From positions 283,152 to 347,151 of the forward strand of contig OZ220692.1 of NCBI GenBank assembly GCA_965116485.1: 64,000 bases of DNA. The letters run 5' to 3'. The notes under the pieces were generated by a model. It worked only from the letters and a program-made list of their open reading frames with translations, had not been told where the DNA came from and did no database searches. Of the stretch, positions 1 through 8,965 are shown piece by piece (the first letter of the stretch is position 1; each line of letters begins with the position of its first letter). Source of the stretch: Acidimicrobiales bacterium (GTDB taxonomy: Bacteria; Actinomycetota; Acidimicrobiia; Acidimicrobiales; Aldehydirespiratoraceae). Made by a program: the position numbers and the translations under genes.

Positions 1-39
1 AGACCGCAAGACAACCGACAGCAGCCTTTCCTGGCCAAC

Positions 40-48
40 TGCTACAAT
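40..48 (+). promoter_or_regulatory. candidate extended -10 promoter element (TGCTACAAT) upstream of the ABC transporter genes
   Basis: TGnTAnnnT-type extended -10 at 40..48, about 130 nt upstream of the ATG at 177. No convincing -35 element. Confidence 0.25.
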
Positions 49-176
49 CCGAGTGTGCACAACCGCGGAACGAACACGCCATGAATCTTCGGTCTCGCCT
101 CCGACCGGTCGCTCAGACACAGCTTGAAGCTCGCCAAGGCCGAGGACAAGACCCGACTCCGAAACAAGGAAGCGCC

Positions 177-983
177 ATGCGTTGGCACTGGTCGCTCGGC
201 CTTGCGGTTGCGGTGCTGTTCGGCTTGGCGCTCGGCGGGTGTGGAGACGACTCAGATGGCGACGAACTGACCATAGCCGTCGAGAACGCCTACCTGCCCT
301 TCAACTATCTCGACCCCGAGACCGGCGAGCCGACCGGCTGGGACTATGAGGTGCTCGAAGAGATCTGCGAGCGTATCGGCTGCACCCCGGTGTTCGAGAA
401 CTTCCCGTGGGAGCCGATGATCCAAGCCGTCGCCGACGGGCAGTTCGACATGGCGGCCGACGGCATCACGATCACCCCCGAGCGCGCCGAGATCGTCGAC
501 TTCTCTGATGGTTACATCAACGTCGACCAGCGGCTGATGGTCCGCAAGGGCGAGGATCGCTTCGCTGACCCTTCTAGTTTCGCCGCCGGCGACTTCGTGC
601 TCGGCACCCAGATCGGCACAACCAACTACAACACCGGAGTCGAGCTGGTCGGCGAAGACCGGGTGGAGCCGTTCGAGGAGTTCGGGTTCGTAGTGCAGTC
701 ACTGATCGCCGGCGATGTGGATGCCGTCATCATCGACGAGACAGCCGGACAAGGCTACGTCGGCGAGAACGCAGATCAGGTCGAGCTGATCGGCGAGTCG
801 CTGTCGTCGGACCAGCTCGGGTTCATCTTCCCCAAGGGCAGCGAATGGGTGGCGCCCGTCAACGATGCGCTCGCCGAGATGAAGTCGGACGGAAAGCTCG
901 CGGAGATCAGCGCCCGATATTTCGGCTCGTCCTTCACGATCACCTACGATGACCTCGAGTTCCCCGAATACGACGAGGAATAA
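177..983 (+). CDS. polar amino-acid ABC transporter substrate-binding lipoprotein (family 3 SBP)
   Basis: Part of ORF 81..983. ATG at 177 follows AAGGA. Signal peptide ends in lipobox LGGCG. SBP_bac_3-like body (LTIAVENAYLPFNY, FDMAADGITIT, LGFIFPKGS). Confidence 0.85.
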   Translation: MRWHWSLGLAVAVLFGLALGGCGDDSDGDELTIAVENAYLPFNYLDPETGEPTGWDYEVLEEICERIGCTPVFENFPWEPMIQAVADGQFDMAADGITITPERAEIVDFSDGYINVDQRLMVRKGEDRFADPSSFAAGDFVLGTQIGTTNYNTGVELVGEDRVEPFEEFGFVVQSLIAGDVDAVIIDETAGQGYVGENADQVELIGESLSSDQLGFIFPKGSEWVAPVNDALAEMKSDGKLAEISARYFGSSFTITYDDLEFPEYDEE

Positions 984-1100
984 CCCGATCTGATCAGCCA
1001 ACCGCTTTCTGGGCTTTCCCGCCGGTTCAGCAGGTTCACTGCTGAGTCTTTTCCGTACTGGGCGGTCCTGCTGGCACTGATCGTCGGCTGGCTGGGCTGG

Positions 1101-1802
1101 TTGTCATTGTTCACCGAGCGCTACCGGGATGCCTGGGACCGCATCTCCGTCGGCATCGGGTTCACGATCCGGACGACCGTGCTCGCCTTCGCGATCTCGC
1201 TCGCGCTGGGGCTGGTGCTGGCGGTGGGCCGGATGTCGCGCAACATTGTAGCCCGCAACATCGCCCGGACGTACATCGAGTTCATCCGGGGGGTTCCGAT
1301 ACTGCCTTTGATCTTCTTCCTCGCGCTGGTCGTTGTCCCCGACGTCGCGGCTTGGCTCGGCTTCGACAATCGCAGCATCAGCACCGAATGGCGCGGTGTC
1401 ATCGCTCTGGCCATCATCTACGGCGCCTACATCGCCGAGGTCTTCCGCGGTGGGGTGCAATCGGTGCCTCGCGGGCAGACCGAGGCTGGTCTGTCGCTGG
1501 GGCTGAGTCGGCGGGCAACCCTGCGCCGGGTGGTCTTTCCGCAGGCGTTGCGAGCGATCATCCCACCATTGGGCAACGACTTCATCGCGATTCTGAAGGA
1601 CTCGTCGTTGTTGTCCGTGCTCGCCGTCGGCGAAGTGACTCTGAGAGCTCGGCAGTACGCTGCGGGCAGCTTCCGGTTCCGCGAGAGCTACGTGGTGCTG
1701 GTGTTCATCTACGTGAGCCTCGTCCTGGTGCTCTCATTCGCTCTCGGACAACTCGAGCGCCGGCTCAACCGGGGTCGACAATTGCACGAGACCCCCGATT
1801 GA
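1101..1802 (+). CDS. amino-acid ABC transporter permease (HisM/GlnP type)
   Basis: Multi-TM ORF with a typical EAA-loop region (GQTEAGLSLGLSRRATLRRVVFPQALRAIIPPLGNDFIAILKDSSL). TTG at 1101 is the first canonical start, but the frame is open from 984 and encodes a further TM helix (see findings). Confidence 0.85.
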   Translation: MSLFTERYRDAWDRISVGIGFTIRTTVLAFAISLALGLVLAVGRMSRNIVARNIARTYIEFIRGVPILPLIFFLALVVVPDVAAWLGFDNRSISTEWRGVIALAIIYGAYIAEVFRGGVQSVPRGQTEAGLSLGLSRRATLRRVVFPQALRAIIPPLGNDFIAILKDSSLLSVLAVGEVTLRARQYAAGSFRFRESYVVLVFIYVSLVLVLSFALGQLERRLNRGRQLHETPD

Positions 1803-1837
1803 ACTCGTTCGGTCTGGTTCGCTCAGCACTAGGTCGG

Positions 1838-2020
1838 CTATGGCTGTTCCACCACAACACCCTCGGCGTGGGTAGCAAGCACCCCTAGATCCTTGAGGTC
1901 GTTCGTCAGGACCACCCCGTCCGGTTCCGCGACCGCGACCACAACCGCGTCTAGGGGCATCCGCCGGCAATATGTTGGAAGAAATCGCCGCCACGACCGC
2001 CGTGTTGATCGTTCCGGCAC
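1838..2020 (-). pseudogene. possible PIN-domain (VapC-like) toxin remnant
   Basis: C-terminal peptide PLDAVVVAVAEPDGVVLTNDLKDLGVLATHAEGVVV resembles the end of PIN toxins. Upstream PIN-like residues lie in another frame (INTAVVAAISSNILPADAP in ORF 1734..2240). Far too short for an intact PIN domain. Confidence 0.3.
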
Positions 2021-2025
2021 TCCGC

Positions 2026-2725
2026 CTATGACCAGAGTGAAGAGATCGGGCGCATGTGGATACGATCGCCGATTTTGAGGTCGTGTTCGCCCATGTGCAA
2101 CACAGTCCCGCCGAGGAACAGTCCTGGTGCGGTTTGGTCAAGCCGGTCGCGCAGCCAGCGCAGATGGTCTGCTGTACCGGGCGACGGAGAGCTGCTTGCC
2201 TTGACCTCAACGGCCAGGATGCCGCCGTCTGGTCGCTCAAGGATCAGGTCCACTTCATGGTGGCTGTCCCGGTAGTGCCACATCGTGATGCGGGTGTCGG
2301 CTGCAGCAGTCTGCCGTGCGATCTCCCCGACAACAAACGACTCCGCTAGGAATCCAAACGCCGTTGAGGTTGGTTCCAATAGTGCTTCGGAGTTCGCACC
2401 GAGCAGGTGCGCGGCGATTCCCGCGTCGGCCATGTGCAGCTTGGGTCGCCGTCGCGCTCTGGCGACCAGGTTGCGCGACCATGCCGGAAGCTCATGAACC
2501 ATAAAAACCGTGCGAAGCCAATCGAGGTAGCGCACCACAGTCGGCTGGCTGATCCCAAGCCGTCGAGACGTCGCCGCTATCTGCTTCTTCGGTGATGCGA
2601 CGCGCCAAAGTCGTCTTTCCGGACTGTCGCGGTCCGTGCAGTACTACCACACGAAATCCCGTGAGCGCGTCAGTCAGACGGGGAGCGAGATGTCTCCGAA
2701 TGTACTGTTCGGTTGGGGCTTCCAC
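2026..2725 (-). pseudogene. AAA ATPase with DUF4143 domain, internally deleted and frameshifted
   Basis: N-terminal Walker A part (VVVLHGPRQSGKTTLARRI, ORF 2492..2725) joins near 2600, in a different frame, to the C-terminal DUF4143 part (RRLGISQPTVVRYLDWLRTVFMVHELPAWSRN...PKLHMADAG...EVDLILE...AVEVKAS). About 233 codons in total, where I expect about 400 for this family. Confidence 0.6.
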
Positions 2726-2737
2726 GATGCAAACATA

Positions 2738-2831
2738 CCCTAATTAGTAAATTTCACGCTAATTAATTAGCGTTTCGCACGTCCACTAATTATGATTTCG
2801 CATGTCGACTAATTATATTTTTGCACGGCTA
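2738..2831. repeat. AT-rich block with 4-5 phased CTAATTA / TTTCGCAC repeats
   Basis: CTAATTA-type boxes start at 2740, 2759, 2786 and 2809, plus a degenerate CTAACGG at 2829. Each of the first four is followed by TTTCAC/TTTCGCAC/TTTCGCAT/TTTGCAC. Spacing is 19-27 bp. Strongly AT-rich in a GC-rich genome. Confidence 0.6.
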
Positions 2832-4610
2832 ACGGCCGAGAGCGAACAACTGGGGGATGGCTTCGGTGGCGAGTTCGTCGATGGGGCCGGGGATGAGGCC
2901 GAAACCGACGGTGACCGCTAGGGCGATGCCGATTGCTAGACCGGCGGCGGGGTGTACCCGCCCGGCGGGCGCGTCGTCGGGGACCTCGGGGTCTTCGGCG
3001 GGTGAGCCCAGATACACCGAGAGCACGATGCGCAGATAGAGGAAAGCGGACACCACCGCCGAGACCATGGCTGTCACCGCGAGCCAGAACGACCTCGCTT
3101 CGACCGCCGCGCCGATGATCTCGAACTTCGCCACGAATCCTGTCGTGAGGGGCACGCCTGCCTGGGCCAGCAGGAAGATCGTCAGCGCGAGCGCGAGAGC
3201 CGGTCGGCGCGCAGCCAGACCGTCGAGGTCATCAAGGCTGGTCTTGCGGTCGCCGGTGCCCGACACGACCGTGAGCACTCCGAAGGTGCCGATCACCATG
3301 AAGGCGTAGGCCGCCACGTAGAAGACCACCGCAGCCGTGCCTCTGCCGGAGGCCGCCTCCACGCCCACCAGAATGAACCCGGCGTGGGAGATCGAGGAGT
3401 AGGCCAGCATGCGTTTGACGTCGCGTTGCACGATCGCCAGCACCGCTCCGACCAGCAGCGTGAGCACTGCCAGCACCGCGACCGCAGGCGTCCAATCGGA
3501 ACCGTAAGGAGCGAAGGTCACCACGAACACCCGCACAAGCGCCGCGAAACCCGCAGCTTTGACCGCCGAGGCCATGAACGCCACGACCGGGGTCGGAGCG
3601 CCCTGGTACACGTCGGGTGTCCACGTATGGAACGGCACAGCCGCGACCTTGAAACCGAGCCCGACCAGCAGCATCGCCAGTCCGGCCAGCAGCATGGCGT
3701 CTTCGAGAATCACGACAGAACCCGGAGCGCCCGAACCGAGATAGAGCCGGATCTCAACGAGGTTCAAAGAACCGGTCGCGCCGTACACGAGGGCCATGCC
3801 GTACAGCAGGAAGGCCGAGGAGAAGGCGCCGAGCACGAAGTACTTCAGACCCGCTTCGAGCGACTCGCTCCTGCGAACATGCAGCGCGGCCATGATGTAA
3901 ACCGAGATCGACAGCGTCTCCAAACCGAGGAACAGAACGATCAGATCACCGGCGCCGGCCATCACCACGCCGCCCGCCGCCGACAGCATCATCAGCACGT
4001 ACATCTCGGGTCCGTCGATGCGCTCACGGCGCAGGTACTCGTCGAGCAGCAGCGCGCAGAGCGCAACCGCCGACACGATCACCCCTGCGATCACCAGGCT
4101 GAACCCGTCGAAGGAGAACTGATCGCCGATACCGCCCACCGGATTGCCGGCAAGACCCGGAGGTCTCTCACCCGACTGCGACGGCCACATCGCCCGGTGA
4201 TGGTCGTTCCACAGCTCGGCGATCGCAGTCAAGGCGACGAGACCGGTGCCGGTGGTGAAGACCGCGTCGAAGCCGACACGCATGGTGTTCACGAACAGAC
4301 CGGCGACTACCAGCACCAAGGCGAAGAGCACCGCGAACCACGGCGTGCCGATGTCGGATTGAAGGTTCGCCAAAGGCATCTCATCGCCGACCAGACCACC
4401 CACGATCCAGGCGACCGCAACCGTGGCCGGGCCTGCGGCGATCGTCGCATAGCGTTCCGCGGTCGCCGGCAGCCGTTTGATGACCGAGCGGAACATGATG
4501 AGCAGGAACGCCCCGGCCGCCAAGACGATCAGCGGACTCAACCCGGCCAGCGAATACTCCGGTAGCATCACCCGCGGCGGTGGGTTGATCTGTGCGAACT
4601 GAGTGAGCAT
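2829..4610 (-). CDS. nuoN: NADH-quinone oxidoreductase subunit N
   Basis: Last gene of the nuo order. Polytopic antiporter-like protein (LETLSISVYIMAAL, KYFVLGAFSSAFLLYG, PFHTWTPDVYQGAPTPV). ATG overlaps the nuoM stop (TGATG). Confidence 0.93.
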   Translation of the reverse strand: MLTQFAQINPPPRVMLPEYSLAGLSPLIVLAAGAFLLIMFRSVIKRLPATAERYATIAAGPATVAVAWIVGGLVGDEMPLANLQSDIGTPWFAVLFALVLVVAGLFVNTMRVGFDAVFTTGTGLVALTAIAELWNDHHRAMWPSQSGERPPGLAGNPVGGIGDQFSFDGFSLVIAGVIVSAVALCALLLDEYLRRERIDGPEMYVLMMLSAAGGVVMAGAGDLIVLFLGLETLSISVYIMAALHVRRSESLEAGLKYFVLGAFSSAFLLYGMALVYGATGSLNLVEIRLYLGSGAPGSVVILEDAMLLAGLAMLLVGLGFKVAAVPFHTWTPDVYQGAPTPVVAFMASAVKAAGFAALVRVFVVTFAPYGSDWTPAVAVLAVLTLLVGAVLAIVQRDVKRMLAYSSISHAGFILVGVEAASGRGTAAVVFYVAAYAFMVIGTFGVLTVVSGTGDRKTSLDDLDGLAARRPALALALTIFLLAQAGVPLTTGFVAKFEIIGAAVEARSFWLAVTAMVSAVVSAFLYLRIVLSVYLGSPAEDPEVPDDAPAGRVHPAAGLAIGIALAVTVGFGLIPGPIDELATEAIPQLFALGR

Positions 4611-6235
4611 CAGTGCCCGTCCCCGCTCTCGGCCGGGCCGTTGTGGTCGTCAAAGATGATCATGTCCGCCACCGGCTCGGAGAAATCCGGCACATGCTCC
4701 TCGACATGCTCGATGAGCGCTTCGACAGCCGGTTCCATCCGCTCGATCACCGGCTTGGGATAGACCCCCATGAAGACGATCCCGACGACGAACGGCGCCA
4801 ACAGCAGCCCTTCACGCAGCTTGAGGTCGCTGATCTCGGCGTTCGCGCCCTCCGCGGGACCGTGGAACACCCGCTGGTAGGCCCACAGAAGGTAGAGGGC
4901 TGCAAGGATCACGCCGCTGGCTGCGACCACGGCCCACCAGCGGTGAGCGGCGAACGCGCCGAGCAGTGTGAGGAACTCGCCCACGAAGCCGTTGAGCCCG
5001 GGGAGACCGACCGAGGACAACGTCACCAGAATGAAGGCACCGGCCAGCATCGGGGCCGGTTTCTGCAGCCCTCCCAGCTCGGAGATCATCCGGGTGTGTC
5101 GACGGTCGTAGACCATCGCCACCAGCAGGAACAGCGCACCCGTCGAGAGGCCGTGGTTGACCATCTGCAGCAGCCCGCCCACGAGTCCTTCTCTGTTCAG
5201 AGCGAACGAGCCGATGATTATGAAACCGAGGTGGGCCACCGAGGAGTACGCGACCAGGCGTTTCAGGTCGCGCTGCATGGTCGCGGCAATCGCCCCGTAG
5301 ATGATGCCTATGGTGCCCAACGTGACCAACGTCGGAGCGAACCAGTCCGCCGCTTCAGGGAACAGGTAGATTCCGTAGCGCAGGAACCCGTAGGTGCCGA
5401 GTTTCAGCATCACCGCGGCGAGGATCACCGACCCCGCGGTCGGAGCGTTGGTGTGGGCGTCGGGCAGCCAGGTGTGGAGCGGGAAAAGCGGCACTTTCAC
5501 TGCGAACGCCAACGCGAACGACACGAAGATCCACCGTGCGGTCGGCTCGGCTATCTGTTGCGAGTCAGCCAGAGTCACCAGGTCGAAGGTGAGCACACCG
5601 GTCTCGGCCTGGTTGAGGAACGCCAGCGACAGGATCCCCACGAGCATCAACGCCGATCCGAACATCGTGAAGATGAAGAACTTGGTCGCCGCGTACGCCC
5701 GCTCGCCGTGACCCCACCTGCCGATGAGGAAGTACATCGGGACCAGCACGATCTCAAAGAACGTGAAGAAGGCGAATAGGTCGAGGGCCAAGAAAACCCC
5801 CATGCAGCCTGTTTCAAGAACCAGCAGCCACGAATAGTAGGCCTTGGGGCCGTGTTCCGCGTCGACCCCGACGATCGTCAGCGGGAAGATCAGACCGGTC
5901 AATACCACCAACCAGAGCGAGATCCCGTCCACCCCGAGATACCAGGAGATGTCGAGGCTCTCGATCCAGGTGTGTTTGTCGGTCAGCTGGAAGTCCGCGG
6001 CCCTTGCGGTGCTGAAATCGGTGAGCACCCACACCGACATGGCACCCACCACGGCACTGAACAGGAAGGCGACCTGTTTGAAGTACTCAGGTCTGTTGTT
6101 CGGCAGCAACAGCAGCACCAAGGCGCCAATGATCGGGGTGACGACGATCGCGCTCAGCACCGGGAATGAGCCCCCGACCGAACCCGCCTCAGCGGCGAAC
6201 ATAGCGTTGGCCAGCAGCGTTCCCATTACCCCCAT
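4610..6235 (-). CDS. nuoM: NADH-quinone oxidoreductase subunit M
   Basis: ORF 4610..6478 trimmed to the ATG at 6235, which overlaps the nuoL stop (TGATG). Motifs PLFPLHTWLPDAHTNAPTAGSVILA and LKRLVAYSSVAHLGF. Confidence 0.92.
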   Translation of the reverse strand: MGVMGTLLANAMFAAEAGSVGGSFPVLSAIVVTPIIGALVLLLLPNNRPEYFKQVAFLFSAVVGAMSVWVLTDFSTARAADFQLTDKHTWIESLDISWYLGVDGISLWLVVLTGLIFPLTIVGVDAEHGPKAYYSWLLVLETGCMGVFLALDLFAFFTFFEIVLVPMYFLIGRWGHGERAYAATKFFIFTMFGSALMLVGILSLAFLNQAETGVLTFDLVTLADSQQIAEPTARWIFVSFALAFAVKVPLFPLHTWLPDAHTNAPTAGSVILAAVMLKLGTYGFLRYGIYLFPEAADWFAPTLVTLGTIGIIYGAIAATMQRDLKRLVAYSSVAHLGFIIIGSFALNREGLVGGLLQMVNHGLSTGALFLLVAMVYDRRHTRMISELGGLQKPAPMLAGAFILVTLSSVGLPGLNGFVGEFLTLLGAFAAHRWWAVVAASGVILAALYLLWAYQRVFHGPAEGANAEISDLKLREGLLLAPFVVGIVFMGVYPKPVIERMEPAVEALIEHVEEHVPDFSEPVADMIIFDDHNGPAESGDGH

Positions 6236-8658
6236 CACCAGCTCGCTCTCGACAGGAACCAGGCGAACAGGGCCACGGCACCGATGGCGACCATCAGCGC
6301 ATAGGACCGGACGAGGCCGCTCTGGACCCGGCGTAGCGCGTTGCCGCCCAAGCGCACCCAGCGACCGACACGGTTGACCGTGCCGTCGACCACCGTGGTG
6401 TCGAACCGCACGACCGCGTCGAAGCTCTTGCGGCCCGGTCCGCCCATGAAGTCGGTGATCGACTCGTCGATGAACCAACCGCGAGCGAACAACGGCAGTT
6501 CAACGCGCGATGCCCAGTACTTGGGTTTCGCCGCACCCGCAGCGCTTTCATCGCTCCCGGTTTGCGGGCTCCGGCTATGCCCGGCGACAACAGCGCGCCC
6601 GGCGACAACAGCGCGCTGCAGGTAGATGCGGACTGCGGCGGCGATGCCTAGGCCGCCGCCGATCACGGCCACGATCGCCAGCGCCCATTTGACTCCCGCA
6701 CCCGAACTCAGATGCGCCTCGTTGTGGTACAGGGACGGTTCGAGCCAGTGACCCAGGAAGTGAAGGTCGCTGCTGAAGGGCAGGTTCATCACCCCGGCGA
6801 CCGCCGCGCCCGCGGCCAGCACGACCAGCGGCAGGGTCATCAACCAGGGTGACTCGTGCGGGTGGTATTCGCGGCGGGCCTTCACCTCAGCACCGAAATC
6901 GGCTTCGGCGAGGTCGCCGGTGTCGGGTTCGTCGAAGATTGAACCGTCGGCCCTCTGACCGGTGGCCGCGGCCGCTCCCTGCACCTGTTCCTGTTGTGTC
7001 TGGGCAGCCAGAACCGCCCGCTGTGCTTCGGCGTGGGCTTCAACTGCGGCCGTGATCGCCGCATCCGCGGTCTCGACTGCTCCGCTTGCCCGCTCGAGGT
7101 TCTTCGTCGCTTTCGCCACGGCTCGTTCATCGGAGGTGTCGACTTCCGACATCTCCGTGTTGCGGGAATCAAGCTTCGCTTGGGCAGACTCGCGCTTCTC
7201 GTTGGCTTTGGTGATCGCCTCTTCGGCTGAGGCGAGTTGTGCCTGCGCTTCGTCGACGGCCACCGAGGCATTGGCCACCCGAACCGACCAGGCCTCAGAG
7301 ATTTCTTCCGGTCGCACGTCGGCGAAGCGGTAGCGGCCGTAGAACGTCATGAAGACCTGGCGGCTCATGTAGAAGGCTGTGAGCACGGCTGTGAGCAATC
7401 CGATCAGCCACAGCAACTTGTTCTCCTCCCAGGCGAAGGCCAAGATCTCGTCCTTGGACCAGAATCCTGAGAAGGGCGGCACACCGGCGATCGCCAGCCA
7501 GCCGACAATGAACGTGGCCGACGTGATCGGCATCAGCTTGCGGAGACCTCCGTAATGGCGCATGTCCTGGTCGTTGTCCATGCCGTGGATGACAGACCCC
7601 GACCCCAGGAACAGCAGCGCTTTGAAGAAGGCGTGGGTGACCATGTGGAAGATCGCGGCCACATACGCTCCCGACCCGACGGCGAGGAACATGTAGCCGA
7701 GTTGGCTGATGGTCGAATAGGCCAACACCTTCTTGATGTCGTTCTGAGCCACGGCGATGGTCGCTGCCAACAACGCGGTGATGGCCCCCACCCAGGCGAT
7801 CAGCGAGGGCACCCACTCCGCCGATACGGCGATTATCGGGTTGACCCGGGTCAACAGGTAGACGCCGGAGGTGACCATCGTCGCCGCATGAATCAAAGCA
7901 GACACCGGTGTCGGACCGGCCATCGCGTCTGGCAGCCACACATACAGCGGGATCTGAGCCGACTTGCCCGCAGCACCGACCAGCAGCAGCACCGTTATCG
8001 CCGTGGCCGTCGACTGCGCCAGACCGCCTGCGTTGTCGAGCACGGCTGTGTACTGGATCGATCCCATCGTTGTGAAAGTGAGGAAAATGGCGACCATGAA
8101 GCCCCAGTCACCGATGCGGTTCGTAACGAACGCCTTCTTGCCGGCCGATGCGTTGTATTCGTTGGTGAACCAGAACGAGATCAGGAAGTAGGAACAGACA
8201 CCCACACCCTCCCAACCCAGGAAGGTGAGGAGCATGTTGTCGCCGAGCACCAGCATCAGCATCGAGAAGGCGAACAGATTCAGGTACATGAAGAACTTCG
8301 AGAAATCGGAGTCCCCGTGCATGTAACCGATCGAATAGAGATGGATCAGGGCGCCGATACCGGTGATGAACAGCGTCATCGTCACCGACAGCGGATCGAC
8401 CAGGAATCCTGCGTCGACTGTGAAGTTGCCCGCCGGAACCCATTCGAACAGGGTCTGAACGAACCGTCGGTCGCCCTCGGGACGATCCTGCAGACCGACG
8501 AACACGGCCAGCGAGGCGACGAACGAGCCGGCCATCGCCACAGTTGCGAGCCAACCGGCCGCGGGTTCTCCGAGACGGCGTCCCAACAGCAGAATCAGTG
8601 CGAACCCGACAAGCGGGAATGCGACGATAAGCCAAGCCAAGTCGAGCAACTGGTCCAC
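6235..8658 (-). CDS. nuoL: NADH-quinone oxidoreductase subunit L, with a large coiled-coil-like insertion
   Basis: Motifs LGWEGVGVCSYFLISFW, GKSAQIPLYVWLPDAMAGPTPVSALIHAATMV, and HESPW followed by the C-terminal lateral helix and last TM. 807 aa. Confidence 0.93.
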   Translation of the reverse strand: MDQLLDLAWLIVAFPLVGFALILLLGRRLGEPAAGWLATVAMAGSFVASLAVFVGLQDRPEGDRRFVQTLFEWVPAGNFTVDAGFLVDPLSVTMTLFITGIGALIHLYSIGYMHGDSDFSKFFMYLNLFAFSMLMLVLGDNMLLTFLGWEGVGVCSYFLISFWFTNEYNASAGKKAFVTNRIGDWGFMVAIFLTFTTMGSIQYTAVLDNAGGLAQSTATAITVLLLVGAAGKSAQIPLYVWLPDAMAGPTPVSALIHAATMVTSGVYLLTRVNPIIAVSAEWVPSLIAWVGAITALLAATIAVAQNDIKKVLAYSTISQLGYMFLAVGSGAYVAAIFHMVTHAFFKALLFLGSGSVIHGMDNDQDMRHYGGLRKLMPITSATFIVGWLAIAGVPPFSGFWSKDEILAFAWEENKLLWLIGLLTAVLTAFYMSRQVFMTFYGRYRFADVRPEEISEAWSVRVANASVAVDEAQAQLASAEEAITKANEKRESAQAKLDSRNTEMSEVDTSDERAVAKATKNLERASGAVETADAAITAAVEAHAEAQRAVLAAQTQQEQVQGAAAATGQRADGSIFDEPDTGDLAEADFGAEVKARREYHPHESPWLMTLPLVVLAAGAAVAGVMNLPFSSDLHFLGHWLEPSLYHNEAHLSSGAGVKWALAIVAVIGGGLGIAAAVRIYLQRAVVAGRAVVAGHSRSPQTGSDESAAGAAKPKYWASRVELPLFARGWFIDESITDFMGGPGRKSFDAVVRFDTTVVDGTVNRVGRWVRLGGNALRRVQSGLVRSYALMVAIGAVALFAWFLSRASW

Positions 8659-8659
8659 G

Positions 8660-8965
8660 TCAGCCCCTCAACACCGAAATATCGTCAGCCGTGGCGTCCG
8701 CGCGGCGTCGGTTGATGGCTACCACCAGCGCCAGTCCGACCACGACTTCGACCGCGGCCACAACCAGAACGAAGAACACCGCTATCTGCCCGGACACGTC
8801 GTTGAGCTCTGTGCCGAGCGACACGAAGCTGACGTTGACGGCGTTGAGCATCAACTCCACGCACATGAACATCACCAGCGGATTGCGGCGCACCAACAAG
8901 CCCACAGCACCGATGACGAACATGGCCACCGACAGCAGCAGATACCAGTCATTGGTAAGTTCCAT
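8660..8965 (-). CDS. nuoK: NADH-quinone oxidoreductase subunit K
   Basis: 101 aa, 3 TM. FMCVELMLNAVNVSFV motif. Position between nuoJ and nuoL. Confidence 0.93.
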   Translation of the reverse strand: MELTNDWYLLLSVAMFVIGAVGLLVRRNPLVMFMCVELMLNAVNVSFVSLGTELNDVSGQIAVFFVLVVAAVEVVVGLALVVAINRRRADATADDISVLRG

